Below, one piece after another: positions 10,227 through 19,995 of a stretch of DNA of 64,000 nt (its first letter is position 1; every line of letters begins with the position of its first letter). The notes beneath the pieces were generated by a model. It was not told where the DNA came from. It ran no database searches and saw only the letters and a program-made list of their open reading frames with translations. The stretch covers positions 1,536,001 through 1,600,000 of the forward strand of contig CAWFQB010000001.1 in the NCBI GenBank assembly GCA_963817895.1. Direction: 5' to 3'. Source of the DNA: an uncultured Chthonomonadaceae bacterium (GTDB lineage: Bacteria > Armatimonadota > Chthonomonadetes > Chthonomonadales > Chthonomonadaceae). The position numbers and the translations under genes are program-made.

Positions 10227-10318
10227 CAGTCGAGACAAGTGGCGCGTTGCGTTTTTTCTTAAAGGCTGGTATTCACAGCGCGTTAAGCCATGAGAACACA
10301 ATGCTGCGGCCCCGACTG
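10227..10318 (-). ncRNA. Y-RNA-like RNA 1, about 92 nt, nearest to Ro60
   Basis: 5' CAGUCGGGGC-C pairs with 3' CACUU-GUCUCGACUG; upper stem GCAUUGUGUU/AACGCAACGC; distal GCUG-UGAAUAC-CAGC hairpin. Confidence 0.75.
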
Positions 10319-10325
10319 CAAAAAT

Positions 10326-10395
10326 GGGCGGAGACAAGTTGATTGAAGCGCGGCTTTCTTTTTGGATGAGAACACACTTCATTCGGCCCCCGCCC
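10326..10395 (-). ncRNA. Y-RNA-like RNA 2, about 70 nt
   Basis: GGGCGGGGGC-C-GA pairs with AAC-UU-GUCUCCGCCC; upper stem UGAAGUGUG/CGCGCUUCA. Confidence 0.8.
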
Positions 10396-10404
10396 GTACA
10401 GAGT

Positions 10405-10479
10405 TTCGCAGACAAGTGAAATGTCGGGCGAGCATTTTATCTTAATAGGATAACGCTCTGTTGACGTTCGGCCCGCGAA
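10405..10479 (-). ncRNA. Y-RNA-like RNA 3, about 75 nt
   Basis: UUCGCGGGC-C-GAA...GUUAUC...CAC-UU-GUCUGCGAA; upper stems GAGCG/UGCUC and UUAUC/GAUAA. Confidence 0.8.
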
Positions 10480-10687
10480 CACAGCGGAATGGTGATAGAT
10501 TGGCGGTCTGTCTGTTCCAATTTCATTTGCACAGAACTGAAGTTGTCGCCACTTGCATAAGAGACAGTCTGCCGCCGCGAAAAGTTGCGCCATCAGTTCG
10601 CGCTTATACACTGTTATCCGTATTGTTGCGGTTTCTGCTCCGTAGGGTTGCGGGAGTTGGGCTGATGAGAGGCAAAAAGGCTGCGGT

Positions 10688-10703
10688 TGGCACGGTTCTT
10701 GCA
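10688..10703 (+). promoter_or_regulatory. Sigma54 promoter of PEP-CTERM gene 3
   Basis: TGGCACGGTTCTTGCA, consensus -24/-12. Confidence 0.85.
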
Positions 10704-10769
10704 ACTAACGCACTGTACCGCCGGCTATTGGCGGGATAAAGTTTCTCATCTGAAAGGTTTTCTCTTTAC

Positions 10770-11480
10770 ATGAACGTTCAAACTCTCAAGACGCTATCCG
10801 TCACATCCATCGCTGTTCTGATGATGGCCGGTGGAGCGCGCATTAGTCAGGCGCAGTCCAACTTTATTGACACTAATATCGACCTCAACTACGTCAGCAC
10901 CGCTTCCGGTTCGCCCACCGTAATATCCTCCGGCAACAGCATCAATGTGTCTTATACGTCCGGCGATTTTTACAATATTAACGGCGCGGGCGCGTCCGAT
11001 GCCGACACGCGGGATGGTTCGGGCGCGGGCGCGTTTATTCGCCTGACCCCTGCCGGCAACGGGCTGCGGGAAACCAGTACCCAGAACGCCGGGATGAACA
11101 CGTCCCTGATCAACTACCGCTTCGACATTACCATTCAGGATGTTTCCAGCGGTATCAGCCAGTTGGTAAGCCTGCCGTTCCAGTTCAACAATGCGTTCAA
11201 AGAGGGCAGCAACGGCGGCGACGGCGTCCCGGCGTTCACGCTTCCCAACCCCACGCAGATCGGCAACAACCTCTACACGTTCTCCGGCTTCGCGTTCACG
11301 CCCGCCAGCGCGCCGCGAACAACGGGTGGCACATCGGCAACAGATGGCTCGTTCGGTTTGCGCGTACAGGCCACGCCGGTTGCGGTTCCCGAACCCGGCG
11401 CGGTTGCCACGCTCGTCGGCATGGGCATGACCGGCGCGGGTTTCCTGCGCCGCCGCAAGTCTGCGCTAAAAACCGCCTGA
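10770..11480 (+). CDS. PEP-CTERM sorting-domain surface protein 3
   Basis: Signal peptide ending AQ; C-terminus VPEPGAVATLVGMGMTGAGFLRRRK. Confidence 0.92.
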   Translation: MNVQTLKTLSVTSIAVLMMAGGARISQAQSNFIDTNIDLNYVSTASGSPTVISSGNSINVSYTSGDFYNINGAGASDADTRDGSGAGAFIRLTPAGNGLRETSTQNAGMNTSLINYRFDITIQDVSSGISQLVSLPFQFNNAFKEGSNGGDGVPAFTLPNPTQIGNNLYTFSGFAFTPASAPRTTGGTSATDGSFGLRVQATPVAVPEPGAVATLVGMGMTGAGFLRRRKSALKTA

Positions 11481-11696
11481 CGTCCGGCGCAATGCAGGTT
11501 CCTGCCTGCCGGTAAATTCAGAGCCACAGCGCCCATCAACGGGTACTGTGGCTCTGATGTTTTATTGCGAGGGTTCAGCAATGTGTCGCGAGGGTTCAGC
11601 AAGCAGAACCCCTACAACGTATCTTGGCATTCACCCTTGATGAAGCGCGAAACGCGGTTGCGCGGCAGTAAGCGATGAACCTGTTAAAGTTGGTTG

Positions 11697-12701
11697 CTAT
11701 CTGCCTGCGTGAATGTCGCGTTCAATGGCAGCCGTAAAGTCGTGAAAACGGAGCGCGATTTCACGATCCGAACACTTGCGATGCCTGGCCTCGCGGCGGC
11801 GGGCGCGTAACGCTTCGCCCAAACGCGGAAGCGCATGGAACAGACCTATCAGGTACAGGGTGTCACGGCGTTTGATGGCCCACAGCAGGCCGCGCGGAAG
11901 CGCCAATGCGATATAGGACAGGAGGTAGCCGGTATCGGAAATGTTCTTGAGGATAAATAAATGCTTGTTCCTTGCGCTGATCAGCGCCTTGCGGCGCACT
12001 GTCGTGACACGATGAATGGTGCTGCTCTCTTCATGCCATACGGTTGCCCCCGGCTCGTACAGGCATTTCCATCCCCGCTTCCAGGCGACATAGCCCAGAT
12101 CAACATCCTCCTCATAGTAGGGGCGGTAGAGCAGGTCGACGCCGCCAACCGCGCGCAGTTTGGCGGCGTCGAAAAGCGCGCACGCGCCCGTGCAAAACAG
12201 CACGGGCGTCACCTCGCGGCTTTCGGGATTACGCTGCCAGAACAGCATAAAATAGCCCAGGCGAAAACGAAAGGAGGTGAGCGATTGGCACTGCGGATGC
12301 GTATCAGGCCGTTCCACATGGGGCGACACCGCAAACACGTCGGGATCGGCGAAATGCCGAAGCAACGGGTCGAGAAAGCCGGGAGAGACCCGCGCGTCGG
12401 TGTTGAGCAGCAGGATGTAAGGATACCGCGCCGCCGCAATTCCGGTGTTGCAGGCCGCGCCAAAGCCGCCGTTCGTCGTATGGCGCAGATACGCCACGTT
12501 CGGATACCGATCCTGGAGGAACTGCCGCGTATCGTCCTGTCCGGCGTCGTCCACGACAATCACCTCATCCGCGTTGCCCCTTTCCGCCAGCGCTTGCAGG
12601 AGGAACGGCAGATATTTTTCGAGCAGCGCGCGGTTGTTATAGGCCGGCAGCACGATACTGACAGGTTCTTGTTCCCTCTTATCCGAAAGCGCCTGCGTCA
12701 T
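11697..12701 (-). CDS. GT2 family glycosyltransferase
   Basis: SIVLPAYN, VVDDAG, LLNTD, YEEDVDL; ATGA overlap with the upstream flippase stop. Confidence 0.9.
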   Translation of the reverse strand: MTQALSDKREQEPVSIVLPAYNNRALLEKYLPFLLQALAERGNADEVIVVDDAGQDDTRQFLQDRYPNVAYLRHTTNGGFGAACNTGIAAARYPYILLLNTDARVSPGFLDPLLRHFADPDVFAVSPHVERPDTHPQCQSLTSFRFRLGYFMLFWQRNPESREVTPVLFCTGACALFDAAKLRAVGGVDLLYRPYYEEDVDLGYVAWKRGWKCLYEPGATVWHEESSTIHRVTTVRRKALISARNKHLFILKNISDTGYLLSYIALALPRGLLWAIKRRDTLYLIGLFHALPRLGEALRARRREARHRKCSDREIALRFHDFTAAIERDIHAGR

Positions 12702-14227
12702 TTCGGCTTCCTTTGATTGCGCGAGACCGGCAGGCGAGCCATCACGTTTGCGCCACGTTGCCGCATGGCTTCCCGCATCCATTGGGGCGCGCAGCGCCAC
12801 ACGCCGAAGCCATAACCCAGGGTGGCGGCGGACAGGGACATCAGGACATGGAGCGGGAGAGGAAGGGGCAAAAGCGCAGCCGCTTCCCCGCAGGCAAGTC
12901 CGAGCAGCGTGGGAACCGTCAGCCAGGTCAGCGGGAGGACGACGCGGCGCAACACGTCCGGCCCCAGGGCGCGCGCGAATAATGGTATCGAAACCCCTTC
13001 CACGATCAGGGCCGTGACCGCGATGCCATTAAAGCCGAGCCAGATCACCATAGGGATGCCCATGGCGAACTGGCAAATCGTGCGCCCGGTAACAAGGCGC
13101 GCATTGACAGCGACCCGGCCTGTGCCGGTCAGCGCGGTTCCCAGCATCCAGACGATCACATGCAACGCGACGGACGCGGCGTAGCAATGGAGCGCCGTAA
13201 TCGCAGGCATCCATTTGATGGTATAGATCAGGGGAACGACAAAAGAGGCTCCTACCGAAATCAGGGTAAACCAGAGCAGAGCGGGCATGACCAGATAGTT
13301 GAGGTAACGCGCCAGGATGCGATTTACCTCCTGTGGATCGTGCTGAAGGCGGGAAAAGTGGGGAAAGGAGACGCGGACAATGTTATCCACAAGCACGAGT
13401 GGCTTGTTGCCGTTCGCCGAGGCAAAATTGAGATAGCCGACTGCCTGCATCCCGATGCGATGCGCGACCAGAGTGGGGGTAAGCGCGGAACCCAGGCTGC
13501 TGATAATGGCTCCGGCCTGAAAGGGCAGGCCAAAACGCAGCAGTTCACGCGCCAGGCGGGGATCGTAGACTAATTTAAGGGGCCAGGGCGCGGCGCGATA
13601 CACGAGGAGAGTTCCCAGGAGGGCGCGGGCGAGCGTGGCCCATACCAAACTCCAAACGCCGCAATGCGCCAGGGCGAGGCCGACGGACAGCGTAATATAG
13701 AGCAGGATTTCCGTGACCTCAATCCAGGCCAGACGGTTGAACTGCATCTGGCGTTCCAGTTGCAGCGCCCCCATCGCGCGCCAGGACATGAGGAAGACAT
13801 TGAGGGCAAGGGCGCGTACCAGCCATACCGTTTCCGGCGGCGCGGTGGCGTAGAGATGAACCATCAAGGGGGCGCTGAACCATAAGACAAGCGCGACGGC
13901 AAAGGTGAGCGTTTGCTGAATGGTAAAAGCAACCTGAAGGTCGCGCTCCTGAAGGGTCTGTTTACGCTGGATGAGCGAGGGCGCGAGGCCAAAATCGCCG
14001 AATTGCGCGATTATGGAAACAAGAAACTGCGCCGTCGCGAAGAGGCCGAACAGACCGGGCGTAAGGACGCGGGCGAGTATGATGCCGCCGAGAAAAGTAA
14101 TGATTTGGAGCGCAACCTGCCGAACCATCATCACGCTGATGCCGCGTCGCGCCTGCTGGTTGACATGTTCAATGGAGGAGGCGTCACTCTCGTCCCCGGC
14201 TGTCTGATTGATGGGTTCCGCGTTCAT
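12698..14227 (-). CDS. Wzx-type polysaccharide flippase
   Basis: LARVLTPGLFGL, DFGLAPSLIQ, about 12-14 TM helices. Confidence 0.88.
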   Translation of the reverse strand: MNAEPINQTAGDESDASSIEHVNQQARRGISVMMVRQVALQIITFLGGIILARVLTPGLFGLFATAQFLVSIIAQFGDFGLAPSLIQRKQTLQERDLQVAFTIQQTLTFAVALVLWFSAPLMVHLYATAPPETVWLVRALALNVFLMSWRAMGALQLERQMQFNRLAWIEVTEILLYITLSVGLALAHCGVWSLVWATLARALLGTLLVYRAAPWPLKLVYDPRLARELLRFGLPFQAGAIISSLGSALTPTLVAHRIGMQAVGYLNFASANGNKPLVLVDNIVRVSFPHFSRLQHDPQEVNRILARYLNYLVMPALLWFTLISVGASFVVPLIYTIKWMPAITALHCYAASVALHVIVWMLGTALTGTGRVAVNARLVTGRTICQFAMGIPMVIWLGFNGIAVTALIVEGVSIPLFARALGPDVLRRVVLPLTWLTVPTLLGLACGEAAALLPLPLPLHVLMSLSAATLGYGFGVWRCAPQWMREAMRQRGANVMARLPVSRNQRKPK

Positions 14228-14466
14228 GAGGCTATGCTTTCTCCTTCCTGATTATACCTCTTCCAGCCGTCCTGTTATGTCAAACTTATAAATTTTGACA
14301 CATTGGCAGGAATCACAGGGAGCAACAGTGAATAGAAGCGAAGTTTTCAAGACGGAAGATATGCAATGCTTCTTTCGTACTCCCGTTTAAGAATTTCGTC
14401 TTGATTGCGCGTAATCGGCAACAAGAACAAAAAGGTACTATCTACCGCAAGGAAAGAGACGTGACA

Positions 14467-15066
14467 ATGCGAAAATTTCAACTGAGTATTGTGCTGCTGT
14501 CCGGCAGCCTGCTGCTTGGCGCCAGCATCCTTACCGGGTGCGGCGGCGGCTCGAACAACAGCAGCAATGCCGGCGTTCCCAACGGCAAGGCCACGCGCGA
14601 TCAAGTGCTGCGCGGACGCTATCTCGTAACCTCCATCGGTTGCACCGACTGCCACAGCAACGGCGCGGACCCCGGCAGCGCCAACTGGCTGGCCGGTTAT
14701 CACAACGGCGCGGCGAACAGCGTGTTCACTCTGGGGCCGAACACGGTTTACACCGCCAACCTTACCCCGGACAAGGCAACCGGCATCGGAACGTGGACGG
14801 CAACCGACATTTTCAACGCCCTGCGCAACGGCAAGGACAAGGACGGCAAGTTCCTCGCGCCCGTCATGCCTTGGACGGCCTTCCGCAACCTGACGGATGC
14901 CGACATCTACTCCATCGCCGCTTACCTGCAAAACCTCCGCGCCGTCACCAACGCGGTTCCCGCCAATACCGGGCCGGGCGGGGGTGAACCGGACTGGTCT
15001 CACGCTTACGATACCTTGAAGCCGCTCCCGACCTATCCGGCTGCCGGCGAAAACAACGTGCCATAA
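14467..15066 (+). CDS. c-type cytochrome lipoprotein
   Basis: Lipobox LTGC, GRYLV..GCTDCH, NLTPD..TGIG.W, MPW. Confidence 0.88.
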   Translation: MRKFQLSIVLLSGSLLLGASILTGCGGGSNNSSNAGVPNGKATRDQVLRGRYLVTSIGCTDCHSNGADPGSANWLAGYHNGAANSVFTLGPNTVYTANLTPDKATGIGTWTATDIFNALRNGKDKDGKFLAPVMPWTAFRNLTDADIYSIAAYLQNLRAVTNAVPANTGPGGGEPDWSHAYDTLKPLPTYPAAGENNVP

Positions 15067-15085
15067 TCAGGGTTCAGCGTACGGC

Positions 15086-15119
15086 AAAAGGCTCAGGGCA
15101 GACTGTCCTGAGCCTTTTT
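15086..15119 (+). terminator. Intrinsic terminator
   Basis: AAAAGGCTCAGGGCAG-A-CTGTCCTGAGCCTTTTT. Confidence 0.8.
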
Positions 15120-15223
15120 CTTGCTATAAATTTTTCAAAATGCGGCGAGAGCGAGGTAAGGCTGTGGCGGCGTTTCGCCGACAATAAACGGCAGAAACCA
15201 CAGGAGGTGGAGGGAGAAACGCT

Positions 15224-15460
15224 ATGGACAGCCTACGCATACAACGCATCGTACACGACATCAACTGCTATCTTGCCAGCAAGCAGCAGGCGGACGCGCT
15301 CTGGGAGCAGGTGGAGATGCACCTGCAAACTTCGCATCTGGCGGAGCGTTTGGGCCATTCGGAAGTGGTTCCAAAACATCTGGACGCCGCCGCCCGCCTG
15401 ATGGTGCAGGCCAATCACGCGCAGCAGCAGATACAGCAGCATCTTCCCGCGTCTCAGTGA
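15224..15460 (+). CDS. Small helical hypothetical protein
   Basis: 78-aa ORF with GGAG RBS; no recognised motif. Confidence 0.55.
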   Translation: MDSLRIQRIVHDINCYLASKQQADALWEQVEMHLQTSHLAERLGHSEVVPKHLDAAARLMVQANHAQQQIQQHLPASQ

Positions 15461-15551
15461 CAGGGCTGCCGGTGGGGGTGTCCGCGCAGCCAACGGGAAC
15501 AGGGAATTGGGAAAGGCGGCGGACGCGCATACGCGTCCGCCGCCTTTTTCC

Positions 15552-16100
15552 TTACGCTTTGCTTTTGGCGGGCTTCTGGTGTTCGTTCGCGTACTGCTTC
15601 AGGGCGCGATCCAGCGTTCGCAGGGTAATGTTCTGTTGCGCGGCCAGTTCCCGGCAGAACTCCACGTATTCCAGCCAGAATTCCAGCGTGTACACTTTCG
15701 GGGGCGCGTCGTAGCCAAGCGACCACAGAGTCGGCCCGTTGAGCATCGGGTAGCTGTTCTCGTAGCCGAAGTGCAGCAGCAGGGTGGCGGTGGGGTAGGA
15801 TACGCCCCGTAGCGAGGTCAGCACCTCCATGCGCAGGGCTTCGTTGTAGGTGGAAAGCGCCGTGCGCGTATGGCGCTCCACATGGGCCGGATCGTTTTCG
15901 GTCAGCAATTTCTGGTTGCGCGCGGTCGTCCACTTGCCCACTTTCAGCAGTTCCTCATACGTGTAGTAGCCGCGCTTTCTGGCGTCCGCGCCAATCGCTT
16001 CCACTTCCGCCTCCTCCGCGACGTTGTACCGTTCCGCCCAATGTTCAAGCTCTTTCTCATCGAACTGCAGTTGAAACAAGGCTCTCCTCCTTTTCGGCAT
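15552..16100 (-). CDS. HhH-GPD-like (DNA glycosylase fold) hypothetical protein
   Basis: LTSLRGVSYPTATLLLH helix-hairpin-helix followed by YPMLN; start uncertain. Confidence 0.6.
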   Translation of the reverse strand: MPKRRRALFQLQFDEKELEHWAERYNVAEEAEVEAIGADARKRGYYTYEELLKVGKWTTARNQKLLTENDPAHVERHTRTALSTYNEALRMEVLTSLRGVSYPTATLLLHFGYENSYPMLNGPTLWSLGYDAPPKVYTLEFWLEYVEFCRELAAQQNITLRTLDRALKQYANEHQKPAKSKA

Positions 16101-16289
16101 GACGCCGTCATGCGTTTTTGCCGTAATCCTCCTTTATCATAGCAGATAATCGCCTTTCCTCGCCTGTTGTAATCTCCCGCGTTTTGAAGCATAATACTTG
16201 CCAACGCAATTGCCATCCGCGAAACATGGCCGCAGGGGATCAGACGCGCCGCTGTTTTGCGGGTATTTGATGGGATAAAGGAGTTCGCT

Positions 16290-17246
16290 TTGACTGCAAC
16301 GATGCCGACACAGGAGTTTGGGCCGGAGAAAATCCCGGTAAGCCGCATTGCGCTTGGCTGCATGGGGCTGGCCGGGACGTGGAACCCCTCAGAAGTGGGG
16401 CCGGAAAACCGCAAGCGGGCCATTGCCAGTTTCGAGGCTGCGCTGGAAGCGGGCATTACGTTTTATGACCACGCCGACATTTACGGCGGCACAGCCTGCG
16501 AGTCCATCTTCAAGGATTGTCTACAGGCGGTTCCGGGCAGCCGAGAGCGCATTTACATCGCGACCAAAGTGGGTATCCGTTCGGGGTACTACGACCATTC
16601 GCCCGAACATATCCGGCAAAGCGTGGAGGGGTCGCTACAGCGCATGGGCATTGACTTCATTGACCTGTACCAATTGCACCGTCCCGATCCGCTCGGTCAT
16701 CCCGCGCAAACGGCAGAAGTGCTGGATGGGCTGATTGCCGAAGGCAAAATCAGAGCGGTTGGCGTGTCCAACTACTATCCGCAGCAGACGCTTGCCCTGC
16801 AAAAGTATTTGCAAGCGCCGATTGTGTCCAATCAGATCGCGCTATCCCTCCTGCACCTGCCTCCCATTTACGAGGGGCGCGAGGGGCAGGGCGGCGACGG
16901 CGTTCTGGATCAGTGCGAACAGTTGGGTATCACGCCCCTCGCGTACAGTCCGGTCGGCGGCGGCTGGCTGTCGGGGCGGCGCGACGTTCCCGCCGACAAT
17001 CCCAACCGCGAACGCATCGAGCGGGTTCTGGCCGCGTTGCGCGAACTCGCCCCCGCGTACAACGACGCCACACCCACCCAACTTGCGCTTGCATGGCTGC
17101 TCCGCCATCCCGCCAAAATTATCCCCCTCGTAGGTTCCAACAAACCCGAACACATCCACGAGGCGGCGGGCGCGGCGCATATCGAACTGAGCCGAACCGA
17201 CTGGTATAAATTGTGGGTCGCGTCGCGTGGTCAGCGCGTACCCTGA
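16290..17246 (+). CDS. Aldo/keto reductase
   Basis: LGCM, DHADIYG, IATKVG, DLYQLHRPD, GVSN, AYSPVGGG. Confidence 0.93.
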   Translation: MTATMPTQEFGPEKIPVSRIALGCMGLAGTWNPSEVGPENRKRAIASFEAALEAGITFYDHADIYGGTACESIFKDCLQAVPGSRERIYIATKVGIRSGYYDHSPEHIRQSVEGSLQRMGIDFIDLYQLHRPDPLGHPAQTAEVLDGLIAEGKIRAVGVSNYYPQQTLALQKYLQAPIVSNQIALSLLHLPPIYEGREGQGGDGVLDQCEQLGITPLAYSPVGGGWLSGRRDVPADNPNRERIERVLAALRELAPAYNDATPTQLALAWLLRHPAKIIPLVGSNKPEHIHEAAGAAHIELSRTDWYKLWVASRGQRVP

Positions 17247-17365
17247 TTCTGATTGTTGCAAGAATCCGGCGCGTCCATAGCGCAATAACACTCTATCCCT
17301 GCCGCCATTCCCATTCTGCGGCTTGCGACGAAGCGAACTTAACAACCAATGGAGGTTACAGCGCG

Positions 17366-18457
<1,092 letters not shown>

Positions 18458-18608
18458 ATAGGAGTTTCTACCCTAAGGTGGGCGAAGCCCGGATGAGGGT
18501 AGAAGCCCCGTCATACCGTTCAAACAAGCGTTCGCAGGGACACAACAAACGTGTTCCTGCGAACATTTCTTTTGAGGTAAATACTGCTTTATCTGAACCG
18601 AAACGCGT

Positions 18609-19847
18609 TTAAGGCACGGACGCGACAAGTTCAATTTGGGTATCTGTGGCGGGGGCGACGGGCTGCGCGGTTCCGGTTACGACGGCCTGAGTAGGCTTGC
18701 TCGGCGACATTTTCCACTCTTCGCGCAGCAGGTCGGGGACGTGGAACTGCGGGCGGCTGTCCGTGCGCTCGTAATCTTCCAATCCGTGCAACATCAATCG
18801 GCCCAACGAATCGGTAGCGAGTCCGAATAATTGATGGTCGCGCAGAAACGTATGTTCGATGCCATGCACGAACTTCACCACGTCCAGCAGGTGGGGCGTT
18901 ATCGCATACGGCGATACTTTTGCCACGCCGAGCATGTCCGCTACCTTATCCCCCATATACAGCCGAATTTTGGCGGGAATAATCTGATCCAACACCACGC
19001 CGGGTACGATGTCCTCCATCAGTTTCACCAGCGAAGTCGTCAGGGCAATGCCGGCAGGACTGGACGCATACACTCGATCCGCGATGGTATGGTACAGGGC
19101 GCTGCCATCCGCGACGCTTTCCGGCAGCAGCTCCTCCTCGACGCCCATCAGGTAGCCGACATAGCGCCACAGGTGCATGTAACTCTCCTGCTCTTCGGGG
19201 GACACGTACAGGTTGAGTTTGGCGAGACTGTCCAGTACCACAGTGGCGAACGTCATCAGCGTGAGCGCGAGGTCTTCCTGATTGAGCGGCAGGCCCCACG
19301 CCTTTTCGTTCCACCGCGCTTCCGGCTGATTGCGCAGCATACGCCGATTGGTGGCGTGCAGCAGACGCACTTTTTTGCACACAACCGCGCCGTGTCCATT
19401 TTCCAGCAGTGTGCCGGGCAGCAACACTTCCAAAACCATACGCACGGTTTCCACCACGCGGCGCAGGGGATGTTTGGTCAGTTGGTGGGTTTGATCCAGC
19501 GCGGCCACGCCCGCCGCGTCCGCATAGCAGGCAGGCAGGGACGCGCACAGCAGAATCATACAGATTTCCACGCCGTTTCGCCGGAACAGTTCGTTTGCCA
19601 GCGCGAACTGATTTGTGTCCACCCATGCCGGTCGGGTCGTATCGTTGAAATACGCTTTCATTTTCGCGGGCATATCATCCGGCACGGTAGAATGGACGCT
19701 GACGATCTGCCCTATCAGCCGCCCCATGCTCGCTTCGCCCGCATACTCCGACCCGCCCGCCGAGACGATCTCTTCCACCAGGCCGTCCGCCCACGTATCG
19801 CCCACATTGCGCTTGTTTTGCAGCGCGGCTGTCCAATCTTTTGCCAT
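18609..19847 (-). CDS. Oxygenase MpaB/DUF2236 (Lcp-like heme protein) family
   Basis: RRVVET, KVRLLHATNR, WGLPLNQEDL, LWRYVGYLMG. Confidence 0.88.
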   Translation of the reverse strand: MAKDWTAALQNKRNVGDTWADGLVEEIVSAGGSEYAGEASMGRLIGQIVSVHSTVPDDMPAKMKAYFNDTTRPAWVDTNQFALANELFRRNGVEICMILLCASLPACYADAAGVAALDQTHQLTKHPLRRVVETVRMVLEVLLPGTLLENGHGAVVCKKVRLLHATNRRMLRNQPEARWNEKAWGLPLNQEDLALTLMTFATVVLDSLAKLNLYVSPEEQESYMHLWRYVGYLMGVEEELLPESVADGSALYHTIADRVYASSPAGIALTTSLVKLMEDIVPGVVLDQIIPAKIRLYMGDKVADMLGVAKVSPYAITPHLLDVVKFVHGIEHTFLRDHQLFGLATDSLGRLMLHGLEDYERTDSRPQFHVPDLLREEWKMSPSKPTQAVVTGTAQPVAPATDTQIELVASVP

Positions 19848-19995
19848 TATGTCTCCTCCTGTTTCACCGTAAATCCACATCGAACGTTTCTATCCCGTAT
19901 TTATACCATTCTATCCCGCATTTACACCATACGGGAAACGGATTTTTCAAATAGCGTTGAGGGCTACATAGCATTTGAGAGTATAATAAACACCT

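Noticed and set aside
10227..10479. CRISPR array or attC cassette array reading of the three repeated units
   Set aside because: Only short motifs recur, each unit pairs end to end as one hairpin, and no cas or integrase gene is present; the Y RNA reading fits better.
10490..10520. Sigma54 or ECF promoter for the Y RNA-rsr unit (minus strand TTGGAACAG...)
   Set aside because: The -12/-10 element does not match either consensus well enough to call.
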